This document shows, in pieces, positions 1 to 12,731 of a stretch of DNA of 64,000 bases. The translations under genes were made by a program, and so were the position numbers. The notes under the pieces were generated by a model. It saw nothing but the letters and a program-made list of their open reading frames with translations. It searched no databases and was not told where the DNA came from. Source of the stretch: Camelus dromedarius (Eukaryota); assembly GCF_036321535.1 (NCBI RefSeq), contig NC_087437.1:30196001-30260000 (forward strand). The letters run 5' to 3'. Within the stretch, counting starts at the first letter, position 1. Each line of letters begins with the position of its first letter.

Positions 1-3000
1 TTGTTTTGAGTGGTAGGTTTATTGTGTGGAAAATGATACAAACATACAATTACTGAATGAAAACAAGTAAACTTATCATCAAAGATGTTAGAATTAACCA
101 AAAGAGCAGATTAGTAAATTGGTCTTTCTTCTCAAGTTACCAAGCAGGTGGGAGGTTTGAATTGGTGTCTTTAATAAGCTCTTGGTTTGAAATGAAGAGA
201 AGTGTGAGCTTCTCTCCACCCCCGATAATTTCATGTTCATTTTAATTTTCAGTTCTCAAAGATAATTCAAAGTGAGGTACTGTTCTTTCCTTTCTTCTTT
301 CCAAGTTTCATCAGTTAGTGTTTGACATGTGTATGAAATGATAAGGATTAGCTAGTATAATAAGGAAGCTGGAAAGCAATTTGCCTGTTACAGCCATATA
401 TTTGAAAAATTAATCAGTGCTTATAAATCCTTCCCAACTTTTTTTTCCCTAACAAATGAGTTTATGTTCTGAAATTGTGAGTTTAAAGAGTAATTGCAGT
501 ATAGACTAAAAATGGTGACTATGGGAGGGTTTGGCTGAATCAGTTCTGTTTAGTATTTGGCCTTTTGTTTCCATCATTGCTAATTCAATACATTCAGTCT
601 AGGCTGGAGATGAACTAGTGTATACAAAATTGCTATGAATTCTTTAAGATGCTTTAAATTGGAGAGACATTGTACATTTGGAAGATCCTCGCTCGAGAGA
701 CTGGGGATCAAATGCTGATTCTGTCAATTCTGTGTGGCATTGAATAAACAACTTCCCTTTTCTGAATCCTAGTTTCCGTGTTGTAGCACAGATATAATAT
801 CACATGAGAAATGACTGTAAGTATTATGTAGTATCATGGCATGGTGCCCCATAATATTAGGACATCATCTTGATCTTCTCTTCTACATCTGATTTGTCCT
901 CCAAAAGACCAAACTGACCTTCTGATACAGAGACCAAGGACAGATAACAGCTACTCTAGTTTAACTGTCAGATAGAGTATAGATCTTGGTGACTGATACA
1001 CATGCAAATTGTGCAGTTTTTGTGTGGTAATATCTTTGAAAACTCTATTTTGTCTGTATGGGATTATTCTTGCATAAGTCTGAGTTCATATGAGGGAAGG
1101 TTTCAGAAGGAACTGGGATATTTTTGGGTTGAAGGTATTCAAAGCTCTGACTAAATCTTAAAACAGAATAATTTTCTTCCCTCAGATATCAGTATGATGG
1201 GAAAGATGGTTAGACTACTTGGATGAATATGAAAAAGCTTAAATGAAAATAATGGGGAAAAAATGTCATACATACATATTCTAGTTTACCTATAAAATAT
1301 TAGCTTTCCCTAGCTTCATAAAGAATAAATCCTCTAAACTAAGAATAAGTTAGCACAAAATCCAAACAACCAATACCATTGCTTCATTAATACCAAAATC
1401 TCCTCTTCTTCCTCTGTGTTCAAAAAAGTCCTTCATAAACCACAAAGTAAAACAAAGAAAAGCAAAACAAAAAACAAACCTCCAATGGAAATAACAAAAA
1501 AGTACCATCAATACCATCACCACCAACTACAACAAAAAGCCAAGTCCAAACCAGAACTAACATATTTTTAGTAGTAATTGAGGTCATTAATGTTACCATG
1601 TTTCAACAGCATGTGAGACTCAGTTAATGTGCAATTAGGCAATGATTAGGAGAAAAATAGGAATAAAAAAGATACTAGATGCCAAAGATTTAAATTTCTA
1701 ACACATTTCTACCATGACTTTAACATACTACTAAAAGATTTGAGGTCTCCAACATTCATTCCTTAACTGAAAATTGAAGATTTATTGAGAAATTTATTGA
1801 GAACTGTTATTTAAAATTCTTCAGTACCTCCTTATAAGTCAATTACCATTTTCAAGAATATCTTTATTCTTATAACAACCTATGAAAAAGGTATACTTAT
1901 CTTCATTTGACCAATGGAGAAACCTAATTTCAGAGAGTTTAAGTTATATGCCCAAGGATTCAAGTTGAAAAATGGTAGGACCAGCTTTGAACCCTAATTT
2001 AAAAACTGGTGTTCATTTCATTTCACTGTGGATTTCTCCCAATAATTGCTACCTTGCCTACTGTGTAGGATTATTATGCCACCAAATAAAATAATGTGTT
2101 TGAAAGCATTTTATAAAACTGTCAAATTCTGAGCATATATGTTAAATACGTATGTGATCTCTCCCTTTGGGGCGATTTCATGAGAAACCAAGCTACATGT
2201 AAACAATGGAATAATGTATAACGGAAAGAACTTGACTTTTAGGATCAAATGGGGGTTAAAATAAAGTCCTTCTGGGATGTTATTTTACACTTTATATCAC
2301 ATTGGAAAGGGATCTATGGCTTTGCCTTTGGCATTTTCCTCATTCAACAATAGTTTATTACAGCTGATTCCTCTTCATGATTTATATCTTGGCCCTAAAT
2401 CCTCAGAGATCTCTTCCTTGAATACCCTGTTTAATATCCTCATTTGCATTAGAATACTCTCTACTGTCTCCCCCAATTTCAGAACTTTAGTTAACATGTT
2501 ATTGTTTAAATTATTGACTTTTGCTATTGTTGTTTGCTTGCTTACTGTCTTCTTTTGGAATCTTGTCTCTCTTTACTATATCTGTACCCACTGGTATACA
2601 GTGGATGTTTAATAAGTATTTGTCAGAAGAGCATTAGACTACTAAGAGACCTCAGTTTCATTTTGAGGCTGGCCACCAACTAGCTGTGTGTCATAGTAAG
2701 TTGCTTAACTCTTGTGGACCTCAGAATTCTCAGCTTTTAAGATAATAGCAAAACTATTGAATCCACAGAGTTTTCAGATACATTATTGTCTTAAAATAAG
2801 GAAATGAGAGAGTCAGACTAAAAAAGTATATAAATCCTTTTCAGTTCTAAAGCTTGATATATTTAAGTCTTGATGTATAGCTTATACTTAATTGACCTAC
2901 ATGATATCACATAGAAATATGTATACATAGGTACAAAAACATATGGGGATTTGGAATCCTTATATGTTATTTCTTTTCTTCTACTGACTACACTGTTTAT

Positions 3001-3451
3001 GATCTAGGCATTCTGTGACTATTATACCTGTATATTTGCTAGGCAGTGCAAGTTTATAAGGTTGAACAGTGTGTTACTTTTTAAAAAGTATTTTTCTGTA
3101 GAATTTTAATCATGACCTTGATTGCAATTATAATCAATGCTCAATAGTATAAGCCTCTGAAGAATTCTGCCCTTTGGCTGCCTTTGTCATTGCATTTCAC
3201 ATTTCTCATGACTTAGAGTCTGTTCAGATAGTGATGGTCCACTGTTCACTGTTTCTTTCAATCAGAATCATTTGCATATCACCTTCCCTTTTTTTTCCCC
3301 CTAAAATAGCAAGTTAGACTTCTGTAAGGATAACACTATGTTTAAAACTAATTAAATAAAGAAGAATATGAGGTTTTTGGTGATGACACTATTGAAATGA
3401 TTGCTAATATGCATTTCATTATGGAATTAAAAGATAATGCTTTAGGTTGAT

Positions 3452-3570
3452 ATATTTTTAATTGAAGTATAGTTGATTTTCAGTGTTGTTAGTTTCTGTG
3501 TACAGTATAGTGATTCAGTTATACATATATATATTCTTTTTCATTACAGGTTATTACAAGCTATTGAATT
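3452..3570 (-). mobile_element. Short L1 3'-end fragment (artiodactyl type)
   Basis: TTTTTTAATTGAAGTATAGTTGATTT...TGTACAGTATAGTGATTCAGTTATACATAT is the reverse complement of an L1 3' terminus. Confidence 0.8.
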
Positions 3571-4224
3571 TTAAAAAAATGATCATGCCCTAGAAAAAAT
3601 AGAAAGGTCAGAAAGGAAACTCAATGAATCTAATTTCATTCAGTATTTATTTTTCAAGTTTCCATTGCTAAATTGTTTTAGGATTTAGAATGTTGTCAAA
3701 TAGCCTTGGAGTAAACTCAACTTTTTCTCCTTTAGGTACTGCAACTACTTGTCTAAAAGAGATCCTTGGAGGAGTCAGTTGAACAGAAAATTGTATTTTT
3801 GTTTTCAGTCATTCCCTAACTTAAAATTTTCTTTAAAATTTCTACCTTTCCAAAAATACATTTTAAGTTTACAAAGTTAGGATAATTGTAATTCTTGTTT
3901 TATGACATATTTGCATCATTGATCTTTGTAAGGTTCTTATTTATTTAATTTATGTATACATCTATTTATTACTTATTTTAAAAAGGCTTCAAGAACCTAT
4001 GACCCAACACTAAAACTAGAACACTGATAATGACTAACAGCCACCTATAAAGTCATCCCCTTGCCTGTCCCAAATGATTTCAAAACTGCTTGTACCATAA
4101 ATTTACCTAACTCCTCTACCTACCTACTCTTTATTACTCTGATTTTTACCCTTACCATAAACCTCAGTCTCATTCGCTATCCTTAGTCCATAAGCTATGT
4201 CTTGCTAAAATGAAGGATCTTTTA

Positions 4225-4685
4225 AAATTCTTTGGTTCCAAGTAATAGAAATTGATGCTAGCTAATCAGAGTTAACTAGAATTAAGCAAACTTAATAGTA
4301 TTTAATGGAATTAAACAAAATGAATTAGGATTAATTTCTAATTAATCAGAAAAATATTGTTTTGATTATGAGAGAGCTTAAGCAATGGAAGGAGAGGTTA
4401 GGAACCAAGCTTCAAAGGACAGGAACTAGAGTAACAACTGCAGAAACACATAGACAGGTTTTGTTGGAGGGATGGGGTGTGAATCAACTCCAGTGCCTTT
4501 AAATGTGTGATTGGTTTAGCTTGACTTATGTACCACCTTTCATTGGGAAGAGAGCAGAACATTTTAATGGAACTTCCCTCCAGACTGTGTCCAATGGAAG
4601 AACAAATCTCCCAAAGCAAATTTAGGTTGTTATTCCATAAGGAAGGAGTTAAACGTTGGGGCCAAAGGTAGCACAAGTCCACGCC
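4225..4685. mobile_element. Ancient MaLR LTR (MLT1N/O-like)
   Basis: TTGGTTCCAAGTAATAGAAA start and TCCCAAAGCAAATTTAGG near the end. Similar to the element at about 27010-27440. Confidence 0.5.
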
Positions 4686-5164
4686 AGGAATACTTTCTTC
4701 ACTCTAGACTTTGGTGCTAGCCACTTTAACACAAGTTTATGATTCCCCAGCTGAATCCAACATTGCAGTCCTTAACCCAGAGCTCAGGGCCCCTTATTCC
4801 ACTCCTATTAATGTTGAACTATTGGTAGTTACTTGTATTTATTTGTGATCTGAAAGAAATAATTTCCCAAAACTCTGGCCTGAGGCTTTTATCATTAATG
4901 AAGCATATTATCAAGCTGGAAAGGTATATTATATAGTAACATTTTTAGCTTGTTTAATAACTCTTAAATGTTTAGACATATGACAAATTGGCTCCATATG
5001 TACTCTTTTATTGTGTTAGAATAGTTTAATTCTTTAATGATAGATAAATGGGTTATACTTAATGTAAATATAATTTGTAGGGAACTAATTTCAGAGAGAG
5101 ATGTCATGTTACATCTGCATGTTGGATTTTCATAAGTATTAATAAGTATTTTTATTTATGACAG

Positions 5165-5930
5165 TGAATTCATTCATGCAGCAAATATTTATTGAGTTAC
5201 AACTATGTCCAGGCATTCTTAAAGGTACTGAAGTCACAGCAGTGAACAAAATAGACAAAAAGTCCTTGCTTTGGAAGATCTTGTATTCTAGCAGGGGAGG
5301 AGGATAATAAATAATAGACAGGTAAAAGTACTATAGGATCACTTAGTAATAAATGCCTGGAAGAAAAATAAAGCAGGGAAGGGAAGGGGGAGGGTATAGC
5401 TCAAGTGGTAGAGCACATGCTTAGCATGCAGGAGGTCCTGGGTTCAATCCCCAGCACCTCTTCTAAAAAAATAAATCAATAAACTGAATTACCTCCCCCC
5501 CCCCAAAAAAATTAAAAATAAATAAATAAATAAAACAGGGAAGGAAGAATAGAGTACTGACAGGAGGTATTGCTGATTTATATGGTAGTCAAGGAAGACC
5601 TTCATGGGAAGATGTCATTTGAGCAGAAGCCTGAAAGAAGTGAGGGGAAAACTGTGCAGATATCTAGGCAAAGAGCATTCTGGCAGAGGCAGTGGTGAGC
5701 ACAAAGGTCCTGAGGTGAGAGTGAAAGAGGCATGTTGAAGGACCAAGATGCTGGAGAAGAGCAGGTAAGGGGGAAAGAGAGAGGAGCTGAGGTCAAAAAG
5801 GAGTCATGGGTGACAGGGTTCAATGGTCTTGGTAGGGCATTCTGAAGACTTTGGCCTTTATTTTGAGTGAGATGAGAAGCTACTGGTGTTTAGAGCAGAG
5901 GAGTGACATGGTCTGAATCAGTTGTAAACA
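5165..5930 (-). mobile_element. L2 3' fragment, host of the SINE
   Basis: ATTCATTCA...CAAATATTTATTGAG tail, followed by typical L2 motifs (GGAAGACCTTC...GTCATTTGAGCAGAAGCCTGAA, CAAAGGTCCTGAGG). Confidence 0.8.
5386..5530 (+). mobile_element. tRNA-Ala(AGC)-derived SINE, camelid Vic-1 type, inserted in an L2
   Basis: GGGGAGGGTATAGCTCAAGTGGTAGAGCACATGCTTAGCATGCAGGAGGTCCTGGGTTCAATCCCCAGCACCTC contains A and B boxes, followed by a tRNA-unrelated body and an (AAAT)n tail. TSD-like flanks AAATAAAGCAGGGAAGG / AAATAAAACAGGGAAGG. Confidence 0.9.
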
Positions 5931-7733
5931 ATACCTCTGCCTAATATTGTATGCATTAAAGGACGGGAAACCTATAGGCTGAGTAGTGCAGTTGGGCAGG
6001 GATTCAATCTGGGAGATGTTAGTCCAAGCAAGAACCATCATTTTAGACATTACTTAAGAATAAGCAAAACCTGTCTTAAAGGGAAAATATTTAGATATTA
6101 GAGTATGAGCTATGCCTCCTCGAATTATTTTATGTTCATCCTTATAAAAAATAGTATTTTCCTTCAAAAAGAAAAGATGTTGAATATAGAAGGTTTGAAA
6201 TAAAGTTTTTTTGATGTTCTAAAACATAGTAAGAACATATCAATTCAAATAAATTGTCACATTTAATTTTTCTGATGAAACCACAAACTCTAACTTTTAG
6301 AGAACAGGTAAGTTCTATCATAGAAACCAAGAAATAAAATATTAATGAAAATACTTTAAACATGGATTTTGTAAGAACATAATCATAAAATTGGAATGGA
6401 TTTAAATGCAAAATTAAAATGCCTGTTTGAGATGTTGGTTCATCTTCTGTGGCCTTTACAATGTCAATATCACAACATAAAAAAGAAGATTCAAGTTAAG
6501 TCAGTAAAGAGTGAATCACTGGAAGCTGTAAATACAACTTTGGCTTACTTTGTTGGTGAAACTGAATCAACATGAAAGACTTCCAACAAAATCACACTTC
6601 CCTTTTCCTGCCCATTCTCACTCCTACCCTTTCTTTTTGACAATAAATACTGCTAATGTTTGGTCTTGACATATTCTATTCACCATATGTCATAAAAAAC
6701 CACAGTCTCCTGAGCAGATTTCAGTTTCTCCAGTGTGATCCTAGAGACTGTGGCTCGTTAATTCTGTATATTATTGTCCATTATGTGTAAACATTGTGAT
6801 GATATTTAAGATAATAATGTTCTAAATAAATAGAAGTCCTAGTTATATACTCTTGTATAGTGGATGCTGACCTATAATTCTTCAGGTATAGATCTGCTTA
6901 GCTGAGCAAACTGAGACTGCCATTTGCCTTGAAAACATAGAATGATTTTAGATACATACTTTCCCACATATGTTTAATAGCATTTTATTCTGTTTCTTAT
7001 TATGCATCCATGAGCCAAAAAATAAATTTTTATTAAATTTCTGTCAATCACAGTGCTGGGTGCTTAAGAAGGAAAAAAAAATGACTCAAGGGTCCTTGCT
7101 CTTAGGGTTATTGGATAACCTGGAGGAACCATTTTTCTGACAAAATTTAAGGTTTTTCTCCTTACTATTTACAATTTATAAATTTATTTATAATTTACAA
7201 ACTCTGTTAAAGAATTAAATTTAACTAACATTAATAAGAACCCACTTTTCCTCAGGGCCATGCTAGGTGCAGAGGAGTTATAAAGCTATGAAATCCCTGT
7301 CTCACAGAGGTTACGGTGACCAACCAGAGAACCACGTGGGGCAGCTATGCTGGAGTTTGAGAGTAGATGGTTGATTCTGCTTTAGGAGCTCAGAAAGGGG
7401 CGGGACCATTATGGACCTGGCTTGGTCAGGAGTCTCGAGAACATGGTTCTGGAACTATGGCCTGAAGATAGGGGAAGTCTGTAGAATGCAGGAAAAGAGT
7501 TTCAGAGATTCAGTCTATTGAGAGTAAGAACGAATGGCTACACATGGTTGTAAAAATAGATGGGGTTACATAAGCCCTGCAATGAGTAATAAGTGGCTTG
7601 ATATTACTCCTACCCACTTCCAACCTCCCAGCCTGGGAGTGAACTGACTGTTAAATGGTATTTTCCTTTTTCAGCACAAAATCAAATAGTTATTTTGGCA
7701 TCAGGGAGGCACTGCAGAAGTTTTCACTCTTAC

Positions 7734-7805
7734 CTTTCGTCGCTTTCCTGTGACTTAAAATTATGGAGCACAAGTTATCCTGACCGCGTTTCATTTAATA
7801 ACACT
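7734..7805 (-). other. Candidate exon (non-coding, or ATG-containing first coding exon)
   Basis: GCTTTTACAG| ... AAAG|GTAAGA. Four CpGs in 72 nt. The ATG frame reads MKRGQDNLCSIILSHRKATK up to the donor. Confidence 0.3.
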
Positions 7806-8940
7806 CTGTAAAAGCACTTTTGCCCCAAGCTACTGCTGAGATACAGAACATAGAGTAGAGCTATTCTAAGCAGCCCACTTCTGGCAGGAGCTGGAGAGAA
7901 GCCAAGAGAAAAATCAATCACAATTATTCTGAAGTGAAGGTTCACAGTGTTCCTTTTACATTTTTATCTATGAGCTTTGTGAGAGCACTGACAATGTCTT
8001 ACCCACCTTTGATTCCCTCGGTGCCCAGCATTGTGTCTGGCAAATAAAATGGTAACAAATGTTCGCTAAATAATGGCTTAAATAATAAATTTTGACATTC
8101 ATGTCAGGAAATTCAAATATTGGTCCTTTTACTCATTAATTATACCTGATAGTTTCTTCCCACATAGTTTGAAGTATAGAAATCTCTGTCATGGCTTATT
8201 AATGTATGAAATCTTCATAATTTTTTTTCATGTCCTACAAAGTAAAAGCTGAAATAAAAGATCTGTTCATGGGATTGATTTTAGCTTTCAGATTTCTATC
8301 CCACACACCTCTGAAATATGCTAAGGTGGTTGGCTGTTCTGTGCACAGATTCATTATTTCCAGGGAAGTTGCAACTTTTCCTGAAGTTGCCCTTCGGAAT
8401 ATTCTGGAATGTCTTTTGGAGGTGACCTTTAGAATCATGAAGTGAGAACATTCACCCACAGGGCAGAGAAGCGGCTCCACCACAGCGCCCTCACGTTCTG
8501 ACAGACACACAGCTTTCTTGCTTCGGTTAGCATCCGGGACTTCTGTTCTCAGGGACCTATCTTTGATACTCATGAGAGGAGCTGACCTCCCAGAGGTTTT
8601 GCATATACCTTCCTTAAGAAAGATTTCAGGCTCTAAAATTATCTTTGCACAAGAGCGCCAATTTGTCAGAGTCAGGAAATAATAGTTTTTGGTAAACAGA
8701 ATTCAATATGGGGGTTTCTGATGTTTTAGGAAATGAAATATATATTATACACTTTAAGCATACTGAACAGGAATAAATTTATCTTTGTTGTTTCAGAGTC
8801 TCCACTAGGCCTCAGAGAACCTTGAGGTATGAAGGCCATTTGTCTTTGGTTGAAATGACTCTTGTTTTTGAAATCTCATGTCTGCGTTTTGTTTAGAATG
8901 GAAGTTAGCTTTTTGTGTCTCCTCTCTGTGTTATCTGTGG

Positions 8941-9103
8941 TTTCTTTTTTTTTTTCCGATTTTTTTAACATTTTTTATTGATGTATAATCATTTTACAAT
9001 GTTGTGTCAAATTCCAGTGTAGAGCACAATTTTTCAGTTATACATAAACATATATATATTCATTGTCACATTTTTTTCTCTGTCAGCTACCGTAAGATCT
9101 TGT
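8941..9103 (-). mobile_element. Young L1 3'-end fragment
   Basis: Poly-T followed by TTTTATTGATGTATAATCATTTTACAATGTTGTGTCAAATTCCAGTGTAGAGCAC. Confidence 0.85.
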
Positions 9104-10105
9104 CAGCTTGTTTCAGGTGTTGTGACTCCTTTTAGCAATTCTCTTTGCTTTTAATTTGCTATTTCTAATCACCTGTTGCTTGATTCAAATCAGGTAATCC
9201 CAACCAGAATTAGTGTTCAAAATCTGAAAACATAGTTGAGTGAAGGATCATGGAGGGACCCAGTGACAAAATTACCTAAGCTTTAGTGTATGCACCTTCT
9301 AAAACCATTCTGACTGCTCAGGAGGACATTAAAAAAAAAAGGAAAAAGAAAAACTTGGTTTTGTTCTGGACATTTAAGATGGATTCTTGAAACCTCTATA
9401 TAAATTAAGTGTTACCTTCCCTGATAGAAAGACATTAATAGATTGATGGACCAACAAGAATGTGGCCCAGATGGAAATCATATAGCTTCATTCTAATTTA
9501 ATAAATAATTTTGTATTATAATTTTCATTTTTCCTGAAATTGGTAAGAATGACTCAGTTTGCCAGGTTTGTAAATTCAGAGATGAATCTGCAAAACCAAG
9601 GTCCAGACTCTGAATGACAGGATTGTAAAAGCAAGGCTGACATTTCTCACTCATTATATTACTTTTTATGGCATTTGCTTTAGATTAACAAAACAGTATG
9701 AGAAGCAAGCAAGGAAAAAAAAAACTCAGAACAATCACGGTGATACTTTTGCTGAATAAATAAGCTGAGTCTGTATCAATCATGAAGGACAGTATAAAGC
9801 TGACAGCATTCATCCTGTTTCACTATTTGGCAGGTAGTTGTTATACTTTAAAATTTTTCCTTAGGTTTTATGAGAGTTTTGCTGATGAGGGGATGTAAAT
9901 GGTGCAAGCCTTGGGCTGAACATGTAAACTTTTAAAGCGTGAATGTGTCCAGCATTGACATGGTTACAAGTCCTGAGGTTTTTTCAAGAACATCTATTTA
10001 TTATTGTCGTGGAGGCCCAAGACACTTTTTAACTTAAATCCAACTGTATTCTATGTTTTGAATTCAGTCCTGGGTTTAACTGATGAAAGATGTGAGGGTT
10101 GAGTG

Positions 10106-10255
10106 CTGTGTTTCTCAAGCTTGGCTGCACATTAGAATGATCTAATGAGCTTTTAACATTCTTAATCCTCCAAACAAATTAAATCAGAGTATTTGGGAAT
10201 GTGACACTGGCAAAATGCTTTCTGAAGAGCCCCAGGTGAAGCCAGAGAACCAGTG
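10106..10255. mobile_element. MER5-like hAT-Charlie non-autonomous DNA transposon
   Basis: CTGTGTTTCTCAAGCTTGGCTGCACATTAGAAT...AAATCAGA...GAGAACCAGTG termini. Confidence 0.7.
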
Positions 10256-12129
10256 CTTAGTGATAAAGCCTCATAGGGTTAGAATTACCAAATGTGCCAT
10301 TATAAACACACGCCTCCAAGCCCAGCCGGGCCATGCAAGCTTCTGCACAACTTTTAACATATTCTTACTTAACTCCTTCTCACATGATATCATGGAGGTC
10401 TGTTCTATAGCCTTATAAATCTTCTTTATTTTATCATTTCACTTTTTACGTCTTCACTCTTGACAGATGATCAGACTTCCTAGAAAAAAAAAAAAGATAT
10501 GGTATGAAATTGCTTAGTTTTTCCTCACTACCTTGACCTCCTGGGTTGCTAGTTCCTTCTCAATTGCTGGAGCCATTGCCCTTGACTGCATCCTCTTTTG
10601 TCTTCTAGGACTTTGCCCAGGTCAGTCCCCGACTCTCTTGTCTCCAGTTGTGCTTCCACGTGCTGCTTCTCCTTTCCTTGGCCCAGCCCTCTGCTTAAGC
10701 TGCCACCCTCATTCTCTCATTCTCTTCTCTGCCAGACCATTAAATGCCTAATCTGTAGTCACTGTCTCAGCTTCCTCAGCATGAGCTCTAGTCTGGCTTC
10801 CACGCTCTACCAGAAAGAATCTCCTCAAGGTCACCATCAGTGACTTTCAATGGCCAGTTCCAACAGTCCCTTTCACTGTTCACCTTCCTGGTCCGCCTCT
10901 CTTGCTGAAACTCTTGACCTTTCCACCTCTCCATTGCTTTTTACATGCTCTCTGTCCATAGCTTCTACAACCCCATGCCTCAGTCAACTTCTTTCTTTTT
11001 CTCTGCCTATGTCTTAAGTATTTTTGTTCTATAGAGTTTAACTCTTAGCTAACTTCTAGTCTCTTCCTGCATGTCCTCCTTGGGTGATTCTGACCACGCT
11101 TTTGGTTTCAGTTAATACTTACGTATTGTTGGCTGATATCCTAACCTCTTTCCTACCTGCTGGGCTTTAATATTCATCCACAGACACTGCAGAAATCTCG
11201 AAAATCTTTATGCCTGGAACCAATAACTCCCACCTCTGCAAAACTAAGCCAAACAAACAAAGTGAAGTAAAACAAACAAGAAAACCACAACAAAGAGACT
11301 CCTTCCTTCTCTCTTTTATTTGTGTCCTAATTTCCCCAGTCAGCTAATCCCCAAACTGCTGTGTTTCTACTTACTCAGTGAGATGTTCTAACACTTTAAT
11401 GATCTTTTAAATCCATCTCTTTCTCTGCATTCTAATGCCTGAGCTAAAGGCCTCCTTTTATAGTGCCACCAGGGTGATTTAAAAAGAAACAAAACACAAA
11501 TGTTATTGTATTATGTTTCTGCTTAAAATCTTTCAATGGCTGTCCATTGCTTTCTAAGGCCATCACACTGTTTCCCACCGCACAGACACTTCCTTCCTCG
11601 TGTGTTCCACCCATTCTTTGCCAGCTCCTTGCTGGTGCAGCCCTCAACCCCTCCCACCTCAGGTTCTAATCACACCGCCCCCCTCCCTGCACTGATCCCT
11701 TGGGCAGCCTTCTCTGATATTGTTTATTATCTGTAGATTTCCTCCCCTCAAAGAATCCTACTCATTCTTTAATATTTGGACCAAATATTATTTCTTCTGT
11801 AAAGATTTTTTTCTGAACATCATTCTCTTCTTCCATTTCTATCTCTGTTGTAGAGGTAGTCACTTCCTAATTTGGGCTCACATCAAGAAGATAATAGAAT
11901 TCATCACATTGTTTTGTAATTATTTTAACTTTAATTTCACTTGTGAGAATCAGTGTGTTCTCTTTGTATTGATTAAAATACTACAGATAATGAAAAACTC
12001 TGCTTTGATAACTAACCCCAATTCCAGTCTCTTTCCCAGAAGTAACCATGCTTACTATTCTAAGATATAAGCTTGTAGACCCTTTACTACAATTTGCATG
12101 TACAAATAAAAAAATATAGAATTAATTTT

Positions 12130-12731
12130 AAAAGCGTTCCTGAAATCTAATTGATTTATGATAAACTGCACATATTCTAAATATATAATTTGATTAATTT
12201 TGACATAAGTTTATGCCTGTAAAACCATCCAAGTCTCTTCCTGCCACTTTGTAATTGCTCTCTCCCAATCCTTCCTGATCCCCAATCCCTAGACAACTAC
12301 TTTGTTGTTGTTTTCTGTAATTATGTTTACCGTTTCCTAAAATTTTCTATGAATAGAATCATACAGTGCAGTATTTTCTTCTCTGACCCCTTTCATTCAG
12401 CAAAATTATTTTCAGATTCACTCATGTTGTTTTATTCTCTCTTATTGCTGAGTGGTATTCCATTGTATAGGTATTTATTTATTAACATGCTAACAGACAT
12501 TCGGATTACTTTCGGCTTTGACTATTACAAATAAAGTTGCTGTGAACATTTGTGTACAAGTCTGTAGGAGCACAAGTTTTATTTCCCCTGAGTAAATACC
12601 CAAGAATGGCTCGGTCATGTGGGTCATACGAGTCTTTGTAAGTTTGTTTTACATATAATCTCCAGAGTTTTTAATTGTATTGAGTGAGAGATATGGATAA
12701 ATTACATCTACTTCATCTTCCTGGAAGTGGA
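12130..12731 (-). mobile_element. Old L1 (L1MB-like) 3' end joined directly to about 100 bp of L1 5' terminus
   Basis: 12130-12620 has L1 3' motifs (TTGCTGAGTGGTATTCCATTGTAT, AAAGTTGCTGTGAACATTTGTGTACAAGTC). 12625-12731 reads TCCACTTCCAGGAAGATGAAGTAGA...TACAATTAAAAACTCTGG on the minus strand, an L1M 5'-end motif. Confidence 0.65.

Noticed and set aside
5389..5462. tRNA-Ala(AGC) gene
   Set aside because: It has a SINE body, A-rich tail and TSD, and a mismatch in the anticodon stem. It is a SINE head.
8468..8496. CTCF or REST site at CAGCGCCCTC
   Set aside because: Only half of either consensus matches, and the spacing is wrong for a canonical REST site.
8235..8573. 112-aa minus-strand ORF MSIKDRSL...
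   Set aside because: No recognisable domain. Length is within chance expectation for a slightly GC-richer patch.
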